A stretch of 64,000 bases of DNA from Escherichia phage LH2: sequence record OQ378934.1; one strand, given 5' to 3'. The position numbers were made by a program, and so were the translations under genes. Positions 26,739 through 37,938 of the stretch are shown here, piece after piece. The notes under the pieces are model-generated. The model worked only from the letters and a program-made list of their open reading frames with translations. It made no database searches and had not been told where the DNA came from. The first letter of the stretch is position 1, and every line of letters begins with the position of its first letter.

Positions 26739-27941
26739 ATGAAAGTATGTATTTTTATGGCTCGAGGTCTTGAAGGTTGCGGTGTAACTAAATTTTCTCT
26801 TGAGCAGCGTGATTGGTTTATTAAAAATGGTCATGAAGTAACTTTGGTTTATGCTAAAGATAAATCATTTACTCGTAATTGCGCGCATGATTATAAATCA
26901 TTTTCAATTCCGGTTTTATTGGCAAAAGAATACGATAAAACACTTAAGCTGGTAAATGATTGTGATATTCTAATTATCAATTCAGTTCCTGCTACTTCAG
27001 TAGAAGAAGACACAATTAATAACTATAAAAAAATTATTGATAATATTAAACCTTCGGTTCGTGTTGTAGTTTATCAGCATGACCATTCTTCTCTTTCTTT
27101 ACGCCGAAATTTGGGATTAGAAGAAACTGTTCGTCGAGCTGATGTTATTTTTAGCCATTCTGATAATGGTGATTTTAATAAAGTTTTAATGAAAGAATGG
27201 TATCCGGAAACTGTTTCTTTGTTTGATGATATTGAAGAAGCACCGACCGTATATAACTTTCAGCCTCCTATGGATATTGCGAAGGTTCGATCAACCTACT
27301 GGAAAGATGTTTCTGAAATTAACATGAATATCAACCGTTGGATTGGTCGTACTACTACATGGAAAGGCTTTTATCAGATGTTTGATTTCCACGAAAAACA
27401 TCTTAAACCTGCAGGACTAAGTACTATTATGGAAGGTCTGGAACGTTCTCCAGCATTCATTCCTATTAAAGAAAAAGGAATTCCATACGAGTATTATCGT
27501 CTTCATCAAGTAGACCAAATTAAAATTGCTCCTAATTTGCCGACGCAAATTCTCGACCGTTATGTAAATAGCGAAATGCTTGAACGCATGAGTAAATCCG
27601 GATTTGGTTATCAGCTGAGTAAGTTGGACAAAAAATATCTACAGCGTTCTTTAGAATACACTCATCTCGAGCTTGGTGCATGTGGAACAATTCCAGTATT
27701 TTGGAAATCTACTGGTGAAAATTTAAAATTCCGTGTTGATAATACTCCGTTAATTTCTCATGATAGCGGTATCGTTTGGTTTGATGAAAATGACATGGAA
27801 TCAACATTTGAGCGTATTAAAGAACTGTCATCTGACCGAGCTCTTTATGACCGTGAACGTGAAAAAGCTTATGAATTTTTGTATCAGCATCAAGATTCAA
27901 GCTTCTGTTTTAAAGAACAGTTTGACATTATTACAAAATAA
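26739..27941 (+). CDS. agt: DNA alpha-glucosyltransferase
   Basis: 400 aa; N-terminus M..CIFMARGLEGCGVTKFSLEQRDWFIKNGHEV as recalled for T4 alpha-gt; between 55 and 47. Confidence 0.88.
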   Translation: MKVCIFMARGLEGCGVTKFSLEQRDWFIKNGHEVTLVYAKDKSFTRNCAHDYKSFSIPVLLAKEYDKTLKLVNDCDILIINSVPATSVEEDTINNYKKIIDNIKPSVRVVVYQHDHSSLSLRRNLGLEETVRRADVIFSHSDNGDFNKVLMKEWYPETVSLFDDIEEAPTVYNFQPPMDIAKVRSTYWKDVSEINMNINRWIGRTTTWKGFYQMFDFHEKHLKPAGLSTIMEGLERSPAFIPIKEKGIPYEYYRLHQVDQIKIAPNLPTQILDRYVNSEMLERMSKSGFGYQLSKLDKKYLQRSLEYTHLELGACGTIPVFWKSTGENLKFRVDNTPLISHDSGIVWFDENDMESTFERIKELSSDRALYDREREKAYEFLYQHQDSSFCFKEQFDIITK

Positions 27942-27942
27942 A

Positions 27943-27954
27943 GGGCTTCGGCCC
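27943..27954 (+). terminator. UUCG-loop hairpin (weak terminator or RNA stability element)
   Basis: gggc-ttcg-gccc directly after agt stop; T-tract is poor. Confidence 0.4.
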
Positions 27955-28117
27955 TTTAGCTTTATACGGAGTTTGATATAATGATATTTCTTGGATATGT
28001 GATACTTTTTCTAGCGTTTTATCTATTCACTAGAGCATGTTGGATTGGGTTCTTTAGCACTCCAGATGGATTTATTTCAATAATTTTATTTTGCATTTCA
28101 ATGACGGTTCTTGATAT

Positions 28118-29137
28118 ATGAAAATTTTAAATTTAGGCGATTGGCATTTAGGCGTTAAAGCTGATGATGAATGGATTCGCGGTATTCAACTTGACGGAAT
28201 TAAGCAGGCGATAGAGTATTCTAAGAAAAATGGAATTACTACATGGATTCAATACGGTGATATTTTTGATGTACGAAAAGCAATCACACATAAAACTATG
28301 GAGTTCGCTCGTGAAATAGTTCAAATGCTTGATGATGCTGGAATCACATTACATACTATTGTAGGAAATCACGATCTCCACTATAAAAATGTAATGCATC
28401 CAAATGCTTCTACTGAGCTTTTGGCTAAATATCCTAATGTTAAAGTATATGATAAGCCTACTACAGTAGATTTTGACGGATGTTTGATTGATTTAATTCC
28501 TTGGATGTGCGAAGAAAATACTGGTGAAATTCTTGAACACATCAAAACTTCATCTGCTTCTTTTTGTGTTGGTCACTGGGAACTGAATGGATTTTATTTT
28601 TATAAAGGAATGAAATCTCACGGTCTTGAACCTGATTTCCTTAAGACTTATAAAGAGGTGTGGTCTGGTCACTTCCATACTATCTCTGAGGCTGCTAACG
28701 TCAGATATATTGGGACACCATGGACACTAACTGCAGGTGACGAGAATGACCCTCGCGGGTTCTGGATGTTTGATACAGAAACAGAACGAATGGAATTTAT
28801 TCCAAACAACACTACCTGGCATCGTCGAATTCAGTATCCATTTAAGGGAAAAATTGACTATAAAGATTTTACAAATCTATCAGTACGTGTTATAGTAACT
28901 GAGGTAGACAAAAATCTGACGAAGTTCGAATCTGAACTAGAAAAAGTTGTGCATTCATTACGAGTTGTGTCAAAGATTGATAACTCTGTCGAGTCAGATG
29001 ATAGTGAAGAAGTTGAAGTTCAATCTCTTCAGACATTGATGGAAGAATACATTAATGCAATTCCAGACATCACTGATTCTGATCGCGAAGCACTTATTCA
29101 ATATGCAAATCAGTTATATGTAGAGGCAACACAATGA
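28118..29137 (+). CDS. 47: Recombination endonuclease subunit gp47 (Mre11-like)
   Basis: 339 aa; phosphoesterase motifs DWHLG, GDIFD, GNHD. Confidence 0.9.
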   Translation: MKILNLGDWHLGVKADDEWIRGIQLDGIKQAIEYSKKNGITTWIQYGDIFDVRKAITHKTMEFAREIVQMLDDAGITLHTIVGNHDLHYKNVMHPNASTELLAKYPNVKVYDKPTTVDFDGCLIDLIPWMCEENTGEILEHIKTSSASFCVGHWELNGFYFYKGMKSHGLEPDFLKTYKEVWSGHFHTISEAANVRYIGTPWTLTAGDENDPRGFWMFDTETERMEFIPNNTTWHRRIQYPFKGKIDYKDFTNLSVRVIVTEVDKNLTKFESELEKVVHSLRVVSKIDNSVESDDSEEVEVQSLQTLMEEYINAIPDITDSDREALIQYANQLYVEATQ

Positions 29138-29397
29138 CTTTTGATGAATTTAAAAATGTTATGATGAGTCAGCATTTTGAATGCGAAGTAAAAGATGATA
29201 TTGGGCATAAAGAAATTATTGAATATTGGTTTGAACCACTAGAGGTTGAAGATAATTGTATTAAAAAGGTCACGGTCTGCACTGACTGGGCTGTATCTTT
29301 TAACTTCAACATTTTAGATAATGACACACCTAAATCATTACAAGATATGGCTGTATCTTGTATTAAGGATGCATACTGTGAAGTTTTCGACATTTGA
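29134..29397 (+). CDS. Hypothetical protein
   Basis: 87-aa ORF, ATGA overlap. Confidence 0.5.
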   Translation: MTFDEFKNVMMSQHFECEVKDDIGHKEIIEYWFEPLEVEDNCIKKVTVCTDWAVSFNFNILDNDTPKSLQDMAVSCIKDAYCEVFDI

Positions 29398-29584
29398 CAT
29401 TAACGATGAATTCATAGCAAATATTGATTACACCGAAGAAGATTCTAGATATGTTGGAATAATTTATATCACATCAAAAGCAGCACAAGGTGTTGTTTGC
29501 ATGGCTGAATTTGATGAATACTTTTTAGATTATGATGATATGATAGAATGGTCTAAAAGATACATTAAAAGGAATCTTTTGTGA
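29369..29584 (+). CDS. Hypothetical protein
   Basis: Internal ATG 29369; 71 aa. Confidence 0.4.
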   Translation: MHTVKFSTFDINDEFIANIDYTEEDSRYVGIIYITSKAAQGVVCMAEFDEYFLDYDDMIEWSKRYIKRNLL

Positions 29585-31263
29585 AGAATTTTAAACTTAA
29601 TAGAGTAAAATATAAAAATATAATGTCAGTTGGTCAAAATGGGATTGACATTCAACTAGATAAGGTTCAAAAAACTCTTATTACTGGACGAAATGGCGGT
29701 GGTAAGTCTACTATGCTAGAAGCCATCACATTTGGGCTTTTTGGCAAGCCATTTCGTGATGTAAAGAAAGGTCAATTAATAAACAGCACAAATAAAAAAG
29801 AACTTTTAGTTGAACTGTGGATGGAATATGATGAGAAAAAGTACTATATCAAAAGAGGACAAAAACCAAACGTTTTCGAAATCACCGTTAACGGTACACG
29901 TCTTAATGAATCTGCCAGCAGTAAAGATTTCCAAGCAGAATTTGAACAGCTTATCGGAATGTCATATGCCAGTTTCAAGCAGATTGTTGTCCTTGGTACA
30001 GCAGGGTATACCCCTTTCATGGGTTTGTCGACCCCTGCGCGAAGAAAGCTTGTGGAAGACCTGCTTGAGGTAGGAACATTAGCTGAAATGGATAAGCTTA
30101 ATAAAGCACTAATACGTGAATTAAATTCACAAAACCAAGTGCTTGATGTTAAAAAAGATAGTATTATCCAACAAATTAAAATATATAATGATAACGTTGA
30201 ACGCCAGAAAAAATTAACTGGTGATAACCTTACTCGTCTGCAGAATATGTATGATGATTTGGCAAAAGAAGCTAGAACGCTAAAATCGGAAATAGAAGAA
30301 GCTAATGAAAGATTAGTTAATATTGTTTTGGATGAAGACCCGACTGATGCATTTAATAAAATCGGTCAAGAAGCATTTTTAATTAAATCAAAAATTGACT
30401 CGTATAATAAAGTCATTAATATGTATCACGAAGGTGGATTATGTCCAACCTGTTTGTCACAATTAAGTTCTGGTGATAAAGTTGTTTCTAAAATTAAAGA
30501 TAAAGTTTCTGAATGTACGCATTCATTTGAACAGCTTTCAACGCATCGTGATAATTTAAAAGTTCTTGTTGACGAATACCGAGATAATATTAAAACCCAG
30601 CAGACGTTGGCGAATGATATTCGCAATAAAAAGCAATCTCTAATCACGACGGTAGATAAAGCTAAAAAGGTTAAAGCGGCTATAGAAAAAGCATCATCTG
30701 AGTTTATTGACCATGCTGATGAAATAGCACTGCTTCAAGAAGAACTTGATAAAATTGTTAAGACAAAAACTAATTTAGTAATGGAAAAATACCACAGAGG
30801 AATTTTGACTGACATGCTCAAAGATTCTGGTATTAAAGGTGCTATTATTAAAAAGTACATTCCATTATTTAATAAGCAGATTAACCATTATCTTAAAATA
30901 ATGGAAGCGGATTATGTGTTTACATTAGATGAAGAATTTAATGAGACAATTAAATCCCGTGGTCGTGAAGATTTTAGTTATGCTTCATTTAGTGAAGGTG
31001 AAAAAGCACGAATCGATATTGCTCTTTTATTTACTTGGCGTGATATTGCTTCTATCGTATCTGGTGTTAGTATTAGTACATTAATTCTTGATGAAGTGTT
31101 TGATGGGTCATTTGATGCCGAAGGTATTAAAGGCGTAGCTAATATTATAAATTCAATGAAAAATACTAATGTTTTTATAATTTCGCATAAAGACCATGAC
31201 CCGCAAGAATATGGTCAGCATCTTCAAATGAAGAAAGTTGGTCGGTTTACTGTAATGGTTTAA
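29581..31263 (+). CDS. 46: Recombination endonuclease subunit gp46 (Rad50/SbcC-like ATPase)
   Basis: 560 aa; GTG start; Walker A GRNGGGKST, Cys hook CPTC, signature and D-loop region near C-terminus. Confidence 0.9.
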   Translation: MKNFKLNRVKYKNIMSVGQNGIDIQLDKVQKTLITGRNGGGKSTMLEAITFGLFGKPFRDVKKGQLINSTNKKELLVELWMEYDEKKYYIKRGQKPNVFEITVNGTRLNESASSKDFQAEFEQLIGMSYASFKQIVVLGTAGYTPFMGLSTPARRKLVEDLLEVGTLAEMDKLNKALIRELNSQNQVLDVKKDSIIQQIKIYNDNVERQKKLTGDNLTRLQNMYDDLAKEARTLKSEIEEANERLVNIVLDEDPTDAFNKIGQEAFLIKSKIDSYNKVINMYHEGGLCPTCLSQLSSGDKVVSKIKDKVSECTHSFEQLSTHRDNLKVLVDEYRDNIKTQQTLANDIRNKKQSLITTVDKAKKVKAAIEKASSEFIDHADEIALLQEELDKIVKTKTNLVMEKYHRGILTDMLKDSGIKGAIIKKYIPLFNKQINHYLKIMEADYVFTLDEEFNETIKSRGREDFSYASFSEGEKARIDIALLFTWRDIASIVSGVSISTLILDEVFDGSFDAEGIKGVANIINSMKNTNVFIISHKDHDPQEYGQHLQMKKVGRFTVMV

Positions 31264-31277
31264 TTTATAAGAGATTA

Positions 31278-31301
31278 TGCTTTAATTTATTAGAGTATAA
31301 T
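31278..31301 (+). promoter_or_regulatory. Candidate MotA-dependent middle promoter
   Basis: tgcttta 31278-31284; tataat 31296-31301. Confidence 0.4.
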
Positions 31302-31318
31302 CTCTATGGAGGAAAAAC

Positions 31319-31507
31319 ATGGAATATTCAACTGGACAGCATCTATTAACTATTCCTGAAATAAAACGATATATTCTGAGAAATAATTTTTCTAATGAAG
31401 AGCATATAGTTACTGAATCTATGCTTAAGAATGCATTTAAATCAGAATATACGAAAATAATGTCCAACAGAAATGAAGCTTGGACTGTTACTGATTATTA
31501 TGACTAA
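31319..31507 (+). CDS. Hypothetical protein
   Basis: 62 aa; SD GGAGG. Confidence 0.5.
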   Translation: MEYSTGQHLLTIPEIKRYILRNNFSNEEHIVTESMLKNAFKSEYTKIMSNRNEAWTVTDYYD

Positions 31508-31516
31508 AGGTGTATT

Positions 31517-31906
31517 ATGACTAAAATTACTGTGAATTATACTGTTGATGTAAAAGATATTCAGCCAAAACACGTGCGTTCTGAATCAAATCCACAAAAC
31601 CAAAATAAAATTCGTCGAGCATGGGTTTTGTCTCTTTCTGATAACGCAATGGAAGTTATTCAGAACAAAATTAAATCTGCACCTGCTCGTCATGCGTATT
31701 ATGAAGCTATCGATCGTGAAGTGAGTGATAAATGGATTGAACTGATGCGCAAACATACTGCAGAATCTCTAAATGCTGGTGCTAAATTTATTATGACTTC
31801 ATGCGGTGAACGCCTTGAAGATGGTTATTGCGGTAATGCAGATGAACGTCTAATTGTTGCTGCTCAAATTGTTGCGGAAACAATTGCTGCTGAGTTTAAT
31901 CGTTAA
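31517..31906 (+). CDS. rpbA: RNA polymerase-binding protein RpbA
   Basis: 129 aa; between 46 and 45 as in T4; assignment by position and length. Confidence 0.6.
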   Translation: MTKITVNYTVDVKDIQPKHVRSESNPQNQNKIRRAWVLSLSDNAMEVIQNKIKSAPARHAYYEAIDREVSDKWIELMRKHTAESLNAGAKFIMTSCGERLEDGYCGNADERLIVAAQIVAETIAAEFNR

Positions 31907-31961
31907 TTGCTTTATTAAATTAGTTATAAAATTAAATCTCATTTGAATTGAAGGAAATTAC

Positions 31962-32648
31962 ATGAAATTATCTAAAGACACGCTGAATATTTTGAAAAAT
32001 TTCGCTACTATTAACTCTGGTATTATGCTTAAATCTGGTCAATTTATTATGACTCGCGCGGTTAATGGTACAACTTATGCAGAAGCAAATATTTCTGACA
32101 CTATTGATTTTGATGTAGCAATTTACGATTTGAACGGTTTTCTCGGTATTCTGTCTCTAGTTAATGATGATGCAGAAATTTCCCAGTCAGAAGATGGAAA
32201 TATTAAAATTGCTGATGCTCGTTCAACAATTTTTTGGCCAGCAGCCGATCCGAGTACAGTAGTTGCTCCTAATAAACCAATTCCATTCCCGGTAGCATCT
32301 GTTGTTACTGAAATTAAAGCGGAAGACCTTCAACAGCTGTTGCGTGTATCTCGCGGTCTGCAGATTGATACAATTGCTATCACAGTAAAAGAAGGTAAAA
32401 TCGTAATTAACGGTTTTAATAAAGTGGAAGATTCTGCTTTGACCCGTGTTAAATATTCTTTGACTCTTGGTGATTATGATGGTGAAAATACATTTAATTT
32501 CATTATCAATATGGCAAATATGAAAATGCAACCAGGAAATTATAAACTTCTGCTCTGGGCAAAAGGTAAACAAGGCGCTGCTAAATTTGAAGGTGAACAC
32601 GCGAATTATGTAGTAGCTCTTGAAGCTGATTCTACCCACGATTTTTAA
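31962..32648 (+). CDS. 45: Sliding clamp gp45
   Basis: 228 aa; MKLSKDTLNILKNFATINSGIMLKSGQFIMTRAVNGTTYAEANISD... Confidence 0.92.
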   Translation: MKLSKDTLNILKNFATINSGIMLKSGQFIMTRAVNGTTYAEANISDTIDFDVAIYDLNGFLGILSLVNDDAEISQSEDGNIKIADARSTIFWPAADPSTVVAPNKPIPFPVASVVTEIKAEDLQQLLRVSRGLQIDTIAITVKEGKIVINGFNKVEDSALTRVKYSLTLGDYDGENTFNFIINMANMKMQPGNYKLLLWAKGKQGAAKFEGEHANYVVALEADSTHDF

Positions 32649-32652
32649 TAGA

Positions 32653-32664
32653 GGGCTTCGGCCC
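32653..32664 (+). terminator. UUCG-loop hairpin after gene 45
   Basis: gggc-ttcg-gccc. Confidence 0.45.
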
Positions 32665-32699
32665 TTTATAATTTACATTAAAACTTGAATGAGGAAATT

Positions 32700-33659
32700 A
32701 TGATTACTGTAAATGAAAAAGAACACATTCTTGAACAGAAATATCGTCCATCTACTATCGATGAATGTATTCTTCCCGCCTTTGATAAAGAAACCTTTAA
32801 ATCTATTACAAGTAAAGGTAAGATTCCACATATTATTCTTCATTCTCCTTCTCCAGGAACAGGTAAAACAACTGTAGCAAAAGCGTTGTGTCATGATGTA
32901 AATGCTGATATGATGTTTGTGAATGGGTCAGATTGTAAAATTGATTTCGTTCGCGGTCCTTTGACTAATTTTGCTAGTGCAGCTTCATTTGATGGTCGTC
33001 AAAAAGTAATCGTTATTGATGAATTTGACCGTTCAGGGTTAGCAGAGTCTCAGCGACATCTTCGTTCCTTTATGGAAGCTTATAGTTCAAACTGTAGTAT
33101 TATTATTACTGCTAACAATATTGATGGTATTATTAAACCGCTTCAGTCACGCTGCCGAGTTATTACGTTCGGTCAACCGACCGATGAAGATAAAATTGAA
33201 ATGATGAAGCAGATGATTCGTCGATTGACTGAAATCTGTAAGCATGAAGGAATTGCTATAGCTGATATGAAAGTTGTAGCAGCTTTGGTTAAAAAGAATT
33301 TTCCTGATTTTCGTAAAACTATTGGCGAGCTCGATAGTTATTCGTCTAAAGGTGTTTTGGATGCTGGTATTTTATCACTGGTTACTAACGATCGTGGTGC
33401 TATTGATGATGTTCTTGAGTCTCTCAAAAATAAAGATGTTAAACAACTCAGAGCTTTAGCACCAAAATATGCGGCTGATTATTCGTGGTTCGTTGGTAAA
33501 CTTGCCGAAGAAATCTATACACGCGTAACTCCACAAAGTATTATTCGTATGTATGAAATTGTTGGTGAAAATAACCAGTATCACGGAATTGCGGCTAATA
33601 CGGAATTACATTTAGCATATCTTTTCATTCAATTGGCATGCGAAATGCAGTGGAAGTGA
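32700..33659 (+). CDS. 44: Clamp-loader ATPase subunit gp44
   Basis: 319 aa from ATG 32700; Walker [11 protein letters not shown]; Walker B VIVIDEFD. Confidence 0.9.
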   Translation: MITVNEKEHILEQKYRPSTIDECILPAFDKETFKSITSKGKIPHIILHSPSPGTGKTTVAKALCHDVNADMMFVNGSDCKIDFVRGPLTNFASAASFDGRQKVIVIDEFDRSGLAESQRHLRSFMEAYSSNCSIIITANNIDGIIKPLQSRCRVITFGQPTDEDKIEMMKQMIRRLTEICKHEGIAIADMKVVAALVKKNFPDFRKTIGELDSYSSKGVLDAGILSLVTNDRGAIDDVLESLKNKDVKQLRALAPKYAADYSWFVGKLAEEIYTRVTPQSIIRMYEIVGENNQYHGIAANTELHLAYLFIQLACEMQWK

Positions 33660-33660
33660 T

Positions 33661-34224
33661 ATGAGCTTATTTGAAGATGATATTCAATTAAACGAGCATC
33701 AAGTTGCTTGGTATTCAAAAGATTGGACAGCTGTCCAATCTGTTGCTGATTCTTTTAAAGAAAAAGCTGAAAATGAGTTTTTTGAAATAATTGGAGCTAT
33801 TAATAATAAAACTAAATGCTCTATTGCTCAAAAAGATTATTCAAAATACATGGTTGAGAATGCATTATCACAATTTCCTGAGTGCATGCCAGCTGTATAT
33901 GCTATGAATTTAATTGGATCAGGTTTAAGCGATGAAGCCCATTTTAATTATCTAATGGCTGCTGTTCCTCGGGGTAAAAGATACGGTAAATGGGCAAAAC
34001 TGGTTGAAGATTCTACCGAAGTATTGATTATTAAGTTACTTGCTAAGCGGTATCAAGTTAATACAAATGATGCAATTAACTATAAATCAATTCTTACTAA
34101 AAATGGAAAACTTCCTTTAGTATTAAAAGAACTAAAAGGTTTAGTCACGGATGATTTTTTGAAAGAAGTGACTAAGAACGTAAAAGAACAGAAACAACTC
34201 AAAAAACTAGCATTGGAATGGTAA
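33661..34224 (+). CDS. 62: Clamp-loader subunit gp62
   Basis: 187 aa, directly after 44. Confidence 0.85.
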   Translation: MSLFEDDIQLNEHQVAWYSKDWTAVQSVADSFKEKAENEFFEIIGAINNKTKCSIAQKDYSKYMVENALSQFPECMPAVYAMNLIGSGLSDEAHFNYLMAAVPRGKRYGKWAKLVEDSTEVLIIKLLAKRYQVNTNDAINYKSILTKNGKLPLVLKELKGLVTDDFLKEVTKNVKEQKQLKKLALEW

Positions 34225-34225
34225 A

Positions 34226-34594
34226 ATGATTGAAATTACTCTTAAAAAACCTGAAGATTTTCTGAAAGTAAAAGAAACTTTGACTCGTATGGGAATTGCT
34301 AATAATAAAGATAAAGTTCTGTATCAGTCCTGTCATATTCTTCAGAAAAAAGGACTATACTATATCGTTCATTTTAAAGAAATGCTTCGTATGGATGGTC
34401 GTCAAGTTGAAATGACAGAAGAAGATGAAGTTCGTCGTGATTCAATCGCATGGCTGTTAGAAGATTGGGGACTGATTGAAATCGCTCCCGGTCAAAGAAC
34501 TTTTATGAAAGATTTAACTAATAACTTCCGAGTTATTTCTTTTAAACAAAAACATGAATGGAAACTCGTTCCTAAATATACGATTGGAAATTAA
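34226..34594 (+). CDS. regA: Translational repressor RegA
   Basis: 122 aa; MIEITLKKPEDFLKVKETLTRMGIANNKDKVLYQSCHILQKKGLYYIVHFKEM... Confidence 0.88.
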   Translation: MIEITLKKPEDFLKVKETLTRMGIANNKDKVLYQSCHILQKKGLYYIVHFKEMLRMDGRQVEMTEEDEVRRDSIAWLLEDWGLIEIAPGQRTFMKDLTNNFRVISFKQKHEWKLVPKYTIGN

Positions 34595-34597
34595 GCA

Positions 34598-34614
34598 AGG
34601 GGCTTCGGCCCCTT
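34598..34614 (+). terminator. UUCG-loop hairpin after regA
   Basis: aggggc-ttcg-gcccctt. Confidence 0.5.
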
Positions 34615-34672
34615 ATTTGGAGTATAATATATCAAGAGCCTAATAACTCGGGCTATAAACTAAGGAATATCT

Positions 34673-37369
34673 ATGAAAGAATTTTATATCTCTATTGAAA
34701 CAGTCGGAAATAGCATTGTTGAACGTTATATTGATGAAAATGGAAAGGAACGTACTCGCGAAGTAGAATATCTTCCGACTATGTTTAGACACTGTAAGGA
34801 AGAATCAAAATACAAAGACATTTACGGTAAAAATTGCGCTCCTCAAAAATTTCCATCAATGAAAGATGCCCGAGATTGGATGAAACGAATGGAAGACATC
34901 GGTCTCGAAGCTCTTGGTATGAACGATTTTAAACTCGCTTATATCAGTGATACATATGGTTCAGAAATTGTTTATGATCGAAAATTTGTTCGTGTAGCTA
35001 ACTGCGACATTGAGGTTACTGGTGATAAATTTCCTGACCCAATGAAAGCAGAATATGAAATTGATGCTATCACTCATTATGATTCAATTGACGACCGTTT
35101 TTACGTCTTTGATTTGTTGAATTCAATGTACGGTTCAGTATCAAAATGGGATGCAAAGTTAGCTGCTAAGCTTGACTGTGAAGGTGGTGATGAAGTTCCT
35201 CAAGAAATTCTTGACCGAGTAATTTATATGCCATTCGATAATGAGCGTGATATGCTCATGGAATATATTAATCTCTGGGAACAGAAACGACCTGCTATTT
35301 TTACTGGTTGGAATATTGAGGGATTTGACGTTCCGTATATCATGAATCGTGTTAAAATGGTTCTCGGTGAACGTAGTATGAAACGTTTCTCTCCAATCGG
35401 TCGAGTAAAATCTAAACTAATTCAAAATATGTACGGTAGCAAAGAAATTTATTCTATTGATGGCGTATCTATTCTTGATTATTTAGATTTGTACAAGAAA
35501 TTCGCATTTACTAATTTGCCATCATTCTCTTTGGAATCAGTTGCTCAACATGAAACCAAAAAAGGTAAATTACCATATGATGGTCCTATTAATAAACTTC
35601 GTGAGACTAATCATCAACGATACATTAGTTATAACATCATTGACGTAGAATCAGTTCAAGCAATTGATAAAATTCGCGGGTTTATTGATCTAGTTTTAAG
35701 TATGTCTTATTACGCTAAAATGCCTTTTTCTGGTGTAATGAGTCCTATTAAAACTTGGGATGCTATTATTTTTAACTCATTGAAAGGTGAACATAAGGTT
35801 ATTCCTCAACAAGGTTCGCACGTTAAACAAAGTTTTCCAGGTGCATTTGTGTTTGAACCTAAACCGATTGCTCGTCGATACATTATGAGTTTTGACTTGA
35901 CGTCTCTGTATCCTAGCATTATTCGTCAGGTTAACATTAGTCCTGAAACTATTCGTGGACAGTTTAAAGTTCATCCAATTCATGAATATATCGCAGGAAC
36001 AGCTCCTAAGCCAAGTGATGAATATTCTTGTTCTCCGAATGGATGGATGTATGATAAGCATCAAGAAGGTATCATTCCAAAGGAAATCGCTAAAGTATTT
36101 TTCCAGCGTAAAGATTGGAAAAAGAAAATGTTCGCTGAAGAAATGAATGCCGAAGCTATTAAAAAGATTATTATGAAAGGTGCAGGGTCTTGTTCAACTA
36201 AACCAGAAGTTGAACGATATGTTAAGTTCAATGATGATTTCTTAAACGAATTATCGAATTACACTGAATCTGTTCTTAATAGTCTGATCGAAGAATGTGA
36301 AAAAGCAGCTACACTTGCTAACACAAATCAGCTGAACCGTAAAATTCTTATTAACAGTCTTTATGGTGCTCTTGGTAATATTCATTTCCGTTACTATGAT
36401 TTGCGAAATGCTACTGCTATCACAATTTTCGGTCAAGTTGGTATTCAGTGGATTGCTCGTAAAATTAATGAATATCTGAATAAAGTATGTGGAACTGATG
36501 GTGAAGATTTCATCGCGGCGGGTGATACTGATTCGGTATATGTTTGTGTAGATAAAGTTATTGAAAAAGTAGGTCTTGACCGCTTTAAAGAACAAAATGA
36601 TTTAGTTGAATTCATGAATCAGTTCGGTAAGAAAAAGATGGAACCTATGATTGATGTTGCATATCGTGAGTTATGTGATTATATGAATAACCGCGAGCAT
36701 CTGATGCATATGGACCGTGAAGCTATTTCTTGCCCTCCACTTGGTTCAAAGGGTGTTGGTGGATTTTGGAAAGCGAAAAAACGTTATGCTCTGAACGTTT
36801 ATGATATGGAAGATAAGCGATTTGCTGAACCACATCTAAAAATCATGGGTATGGAAACTCAGCAGAGTTCAACACCAAAAGCAGTACAAGAAGCTCTCGA
36901 AGAAAGTATTCGTCGTATTCTTCAGGAAGGCGAAGAGTCTGTCCAAGAATACTATAAGAACTTTGAGAAAGAATACCGTCAACTTGACTATAAAGTTATT
37001 GCTGAAGTAAAAACCGCGAACGATATAGCGAAATATGACGATAAAGGTTGGCCAGGGTTTAAATGCCCGTTCCATATTCGTGGTGTACTAACTTATCGTC
37101 GAGCTGTTAGTGGTTTAGGTGTAGCTCCAATTTTGGATGGAAATAAGGTAATGGTTCTTCCATTACGTGAGGGAAATCCATTTGGTGACAAGTGTATTGC
37201 TTGGCCGTCGGGTACGGAACTTCCAAAAGAAATTCGTTCTGATGTACTGTCTTGGATTGACTACTCAACTTTGTTCCAAAAATCGTTTGTTAAACCGCTT
37301 GCGGGCATGTGTGAATCGGCAGGTATGGACTATGAGGAAAAAGCTTCGTTAGACTTCCTGTTTGGCTGA
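34673..37369 (+). CDS. 43: DNA polymerase gp43 (family B)
   Basis: 898 aa; exonuclease motifs (DIEV, YNIIDV) and polymerase motifs (DLTSLYPSI, YGDTDS, KKRY). Confidence 0.95.
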   Translation: MKEFYISIETVGNSIVERYIDENGKERTREVEYLPTMFRHCKEESKYKDIYGKNCAPQKFPSMKDARDWMKRMEDIGLEALGMNDFKLAYISDTYGSEIVYDRKFVRVANCDIEVTGDKFPDPMKAEYEIDAITHYDSIDDRFYVFDLLNSMYGSVSKWDAKLAAKLDCEGGDEVPQEILDRVIYMPFDNERDMLMEYINLWEQKRPAIFTGWNIEGFDVPYIMNRVKMVLGERSMKRFSPIGRVKSKLIQNMYGSKEIYSIDGVSILDYLDLYKKFAFTNLPSFSLESVAQHETKKGKLPYDGPINKLRETNHQRYISYNIIDVESVQAIDKIRGFIDLVLSMSYYAKMPFSGVMSPIKTWDAIIFNSLKGEHKVIPQQGSHVKQSFPGAFVFEPKPIARRYIMSFDLTSLYPSIIRQVNISPETIRGQFKVHPIHEYIAGTAPKPSDEYSCSPNGWMYDKHQEGIIPKEIAKVFFQRKDWKKKMFAEEMNAEAIKKIIMKGAGSCSTKPEVERYVKFNDDFLNELSNYTESVLNSLIEECEKAATLANTNQLNRKILINSLYGALGNIHFRYYDLRNATAITIFGQVGIQWIARKINEYLNKVCGTDGEDFIAAGDTDSVYVCVDKVIEKVGLDRFKEQNDLVEFMNQFGKKKMEPMIDVAYRELCDYMNNREHLMHMDREAISCPPLGSKGVGGFWKAKKRYALNVYDMEDKRFAEPHLKIMGMETQQSSTPKAVQEALEESIRRILQEGEESVQEYYKNFEKEYRQLDYKVIAEVKTANDIAKYDDKGWPGFKCPFHIRGVLTYRRAVSGLGVAPILDGNKVMVLPLREGNPFGDKCIAWPSGTELPKEIRSDVLSWIDYSTLFQKSFVKPLAGMCESAGMDYEEKASLDFLFG

Positions 37370-37382
37370 TAGAATAAATCTA

Positions 37383-37404
37383 GGGACCTCCGGGTCCCCT
37401 TTTC
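37383..37404 (+). terminator. Intrinsic terminator after gene 43
   Basis: gggacc-tccg-ggtccc then cttttc. Confidence 0.55.
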
Positions 37405-37470
37405 ATACAAGTAATATAAATCTATACTTAAGAAAAATAGATGATTCTAGGACCTTTGAATTCATTAAAA

Positions 37471-37550
37471 AATTTTTCACAAAGCTGTTTACAAGACTGT
37501 TCCTCTGTGGTACTATACAACTATCAACCAATACAAATTTGGAGAATGAA
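37471..37550 (+). repeat. Promoter-leader cassette (PeSL-like), copy C
   Basis: Contains the 42-nt block identical to 12163-12204 and the ttggagaatgaaATG leader. Confidence 0.6.
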
Positions 37551-37931
37551 ATGAAAATCGCTATTTTGGTTATTGCATTGGGTCTTACTGGTTGTGTAGC
37601 TCAAGGACCGGTAGTAAATCAGTCTGATGTAGGAAAAATTGTAAACTGTTCAAGCAAATTTTATAATCCTAACGTCAAGTGTTATAAAGAAGTTCCAAAA
37701 CAGACAGTAGAACAAATGCAGGCGAATTTTGACGAAGCTATTCGTCCAGATGAATCTGCACAAGCATATCGTAATTCAGATGTGATTACGCGTGAAGAAA
37801 AAATTGAAAACTACTGTGCTGAACTTTGGGCAAATTGGGCTAATAATTACCAATGGCGTACTGGTAAAAATGCTCCGATGGAGTATGTAGTAAATTCTTA
37901 TAATTCATGTGTAAAAAATTTGACTAAGTGA
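37551..37931 (+). CDS. Lipoprotein
   Basis: MKIAILVIALGLTGC lipobox; start supplied by the cassette. Confidence 0.6.
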   Translation: MKIAILVIALGLTGCVAQGPVVNQSDVGKIVNCSSKFYNPNVKCYKEVPKQTVEQMQANFDEAIRPDESAQAYRNSDVITREEKIENYCAELWANWANNYQWRTGKNAPMEYVVNSYNSCVKNLTK

Positions 37932-37938
37932 GGAAAAC

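Noticed and set aside
32223-32639. 138-aa minus-strand ORF
   Set aside because: Antisense to the sliding-clamp gene 45, whose identity is unambiguous; no ribosome-binding site.
35777-36595. Minus-strand and alternative-frame ORFs inside DNA polymerase gene 43
   Set aside because: Embedded in the 898-aa polymerase ORF, whose conserved motifs fix the frame and strand.
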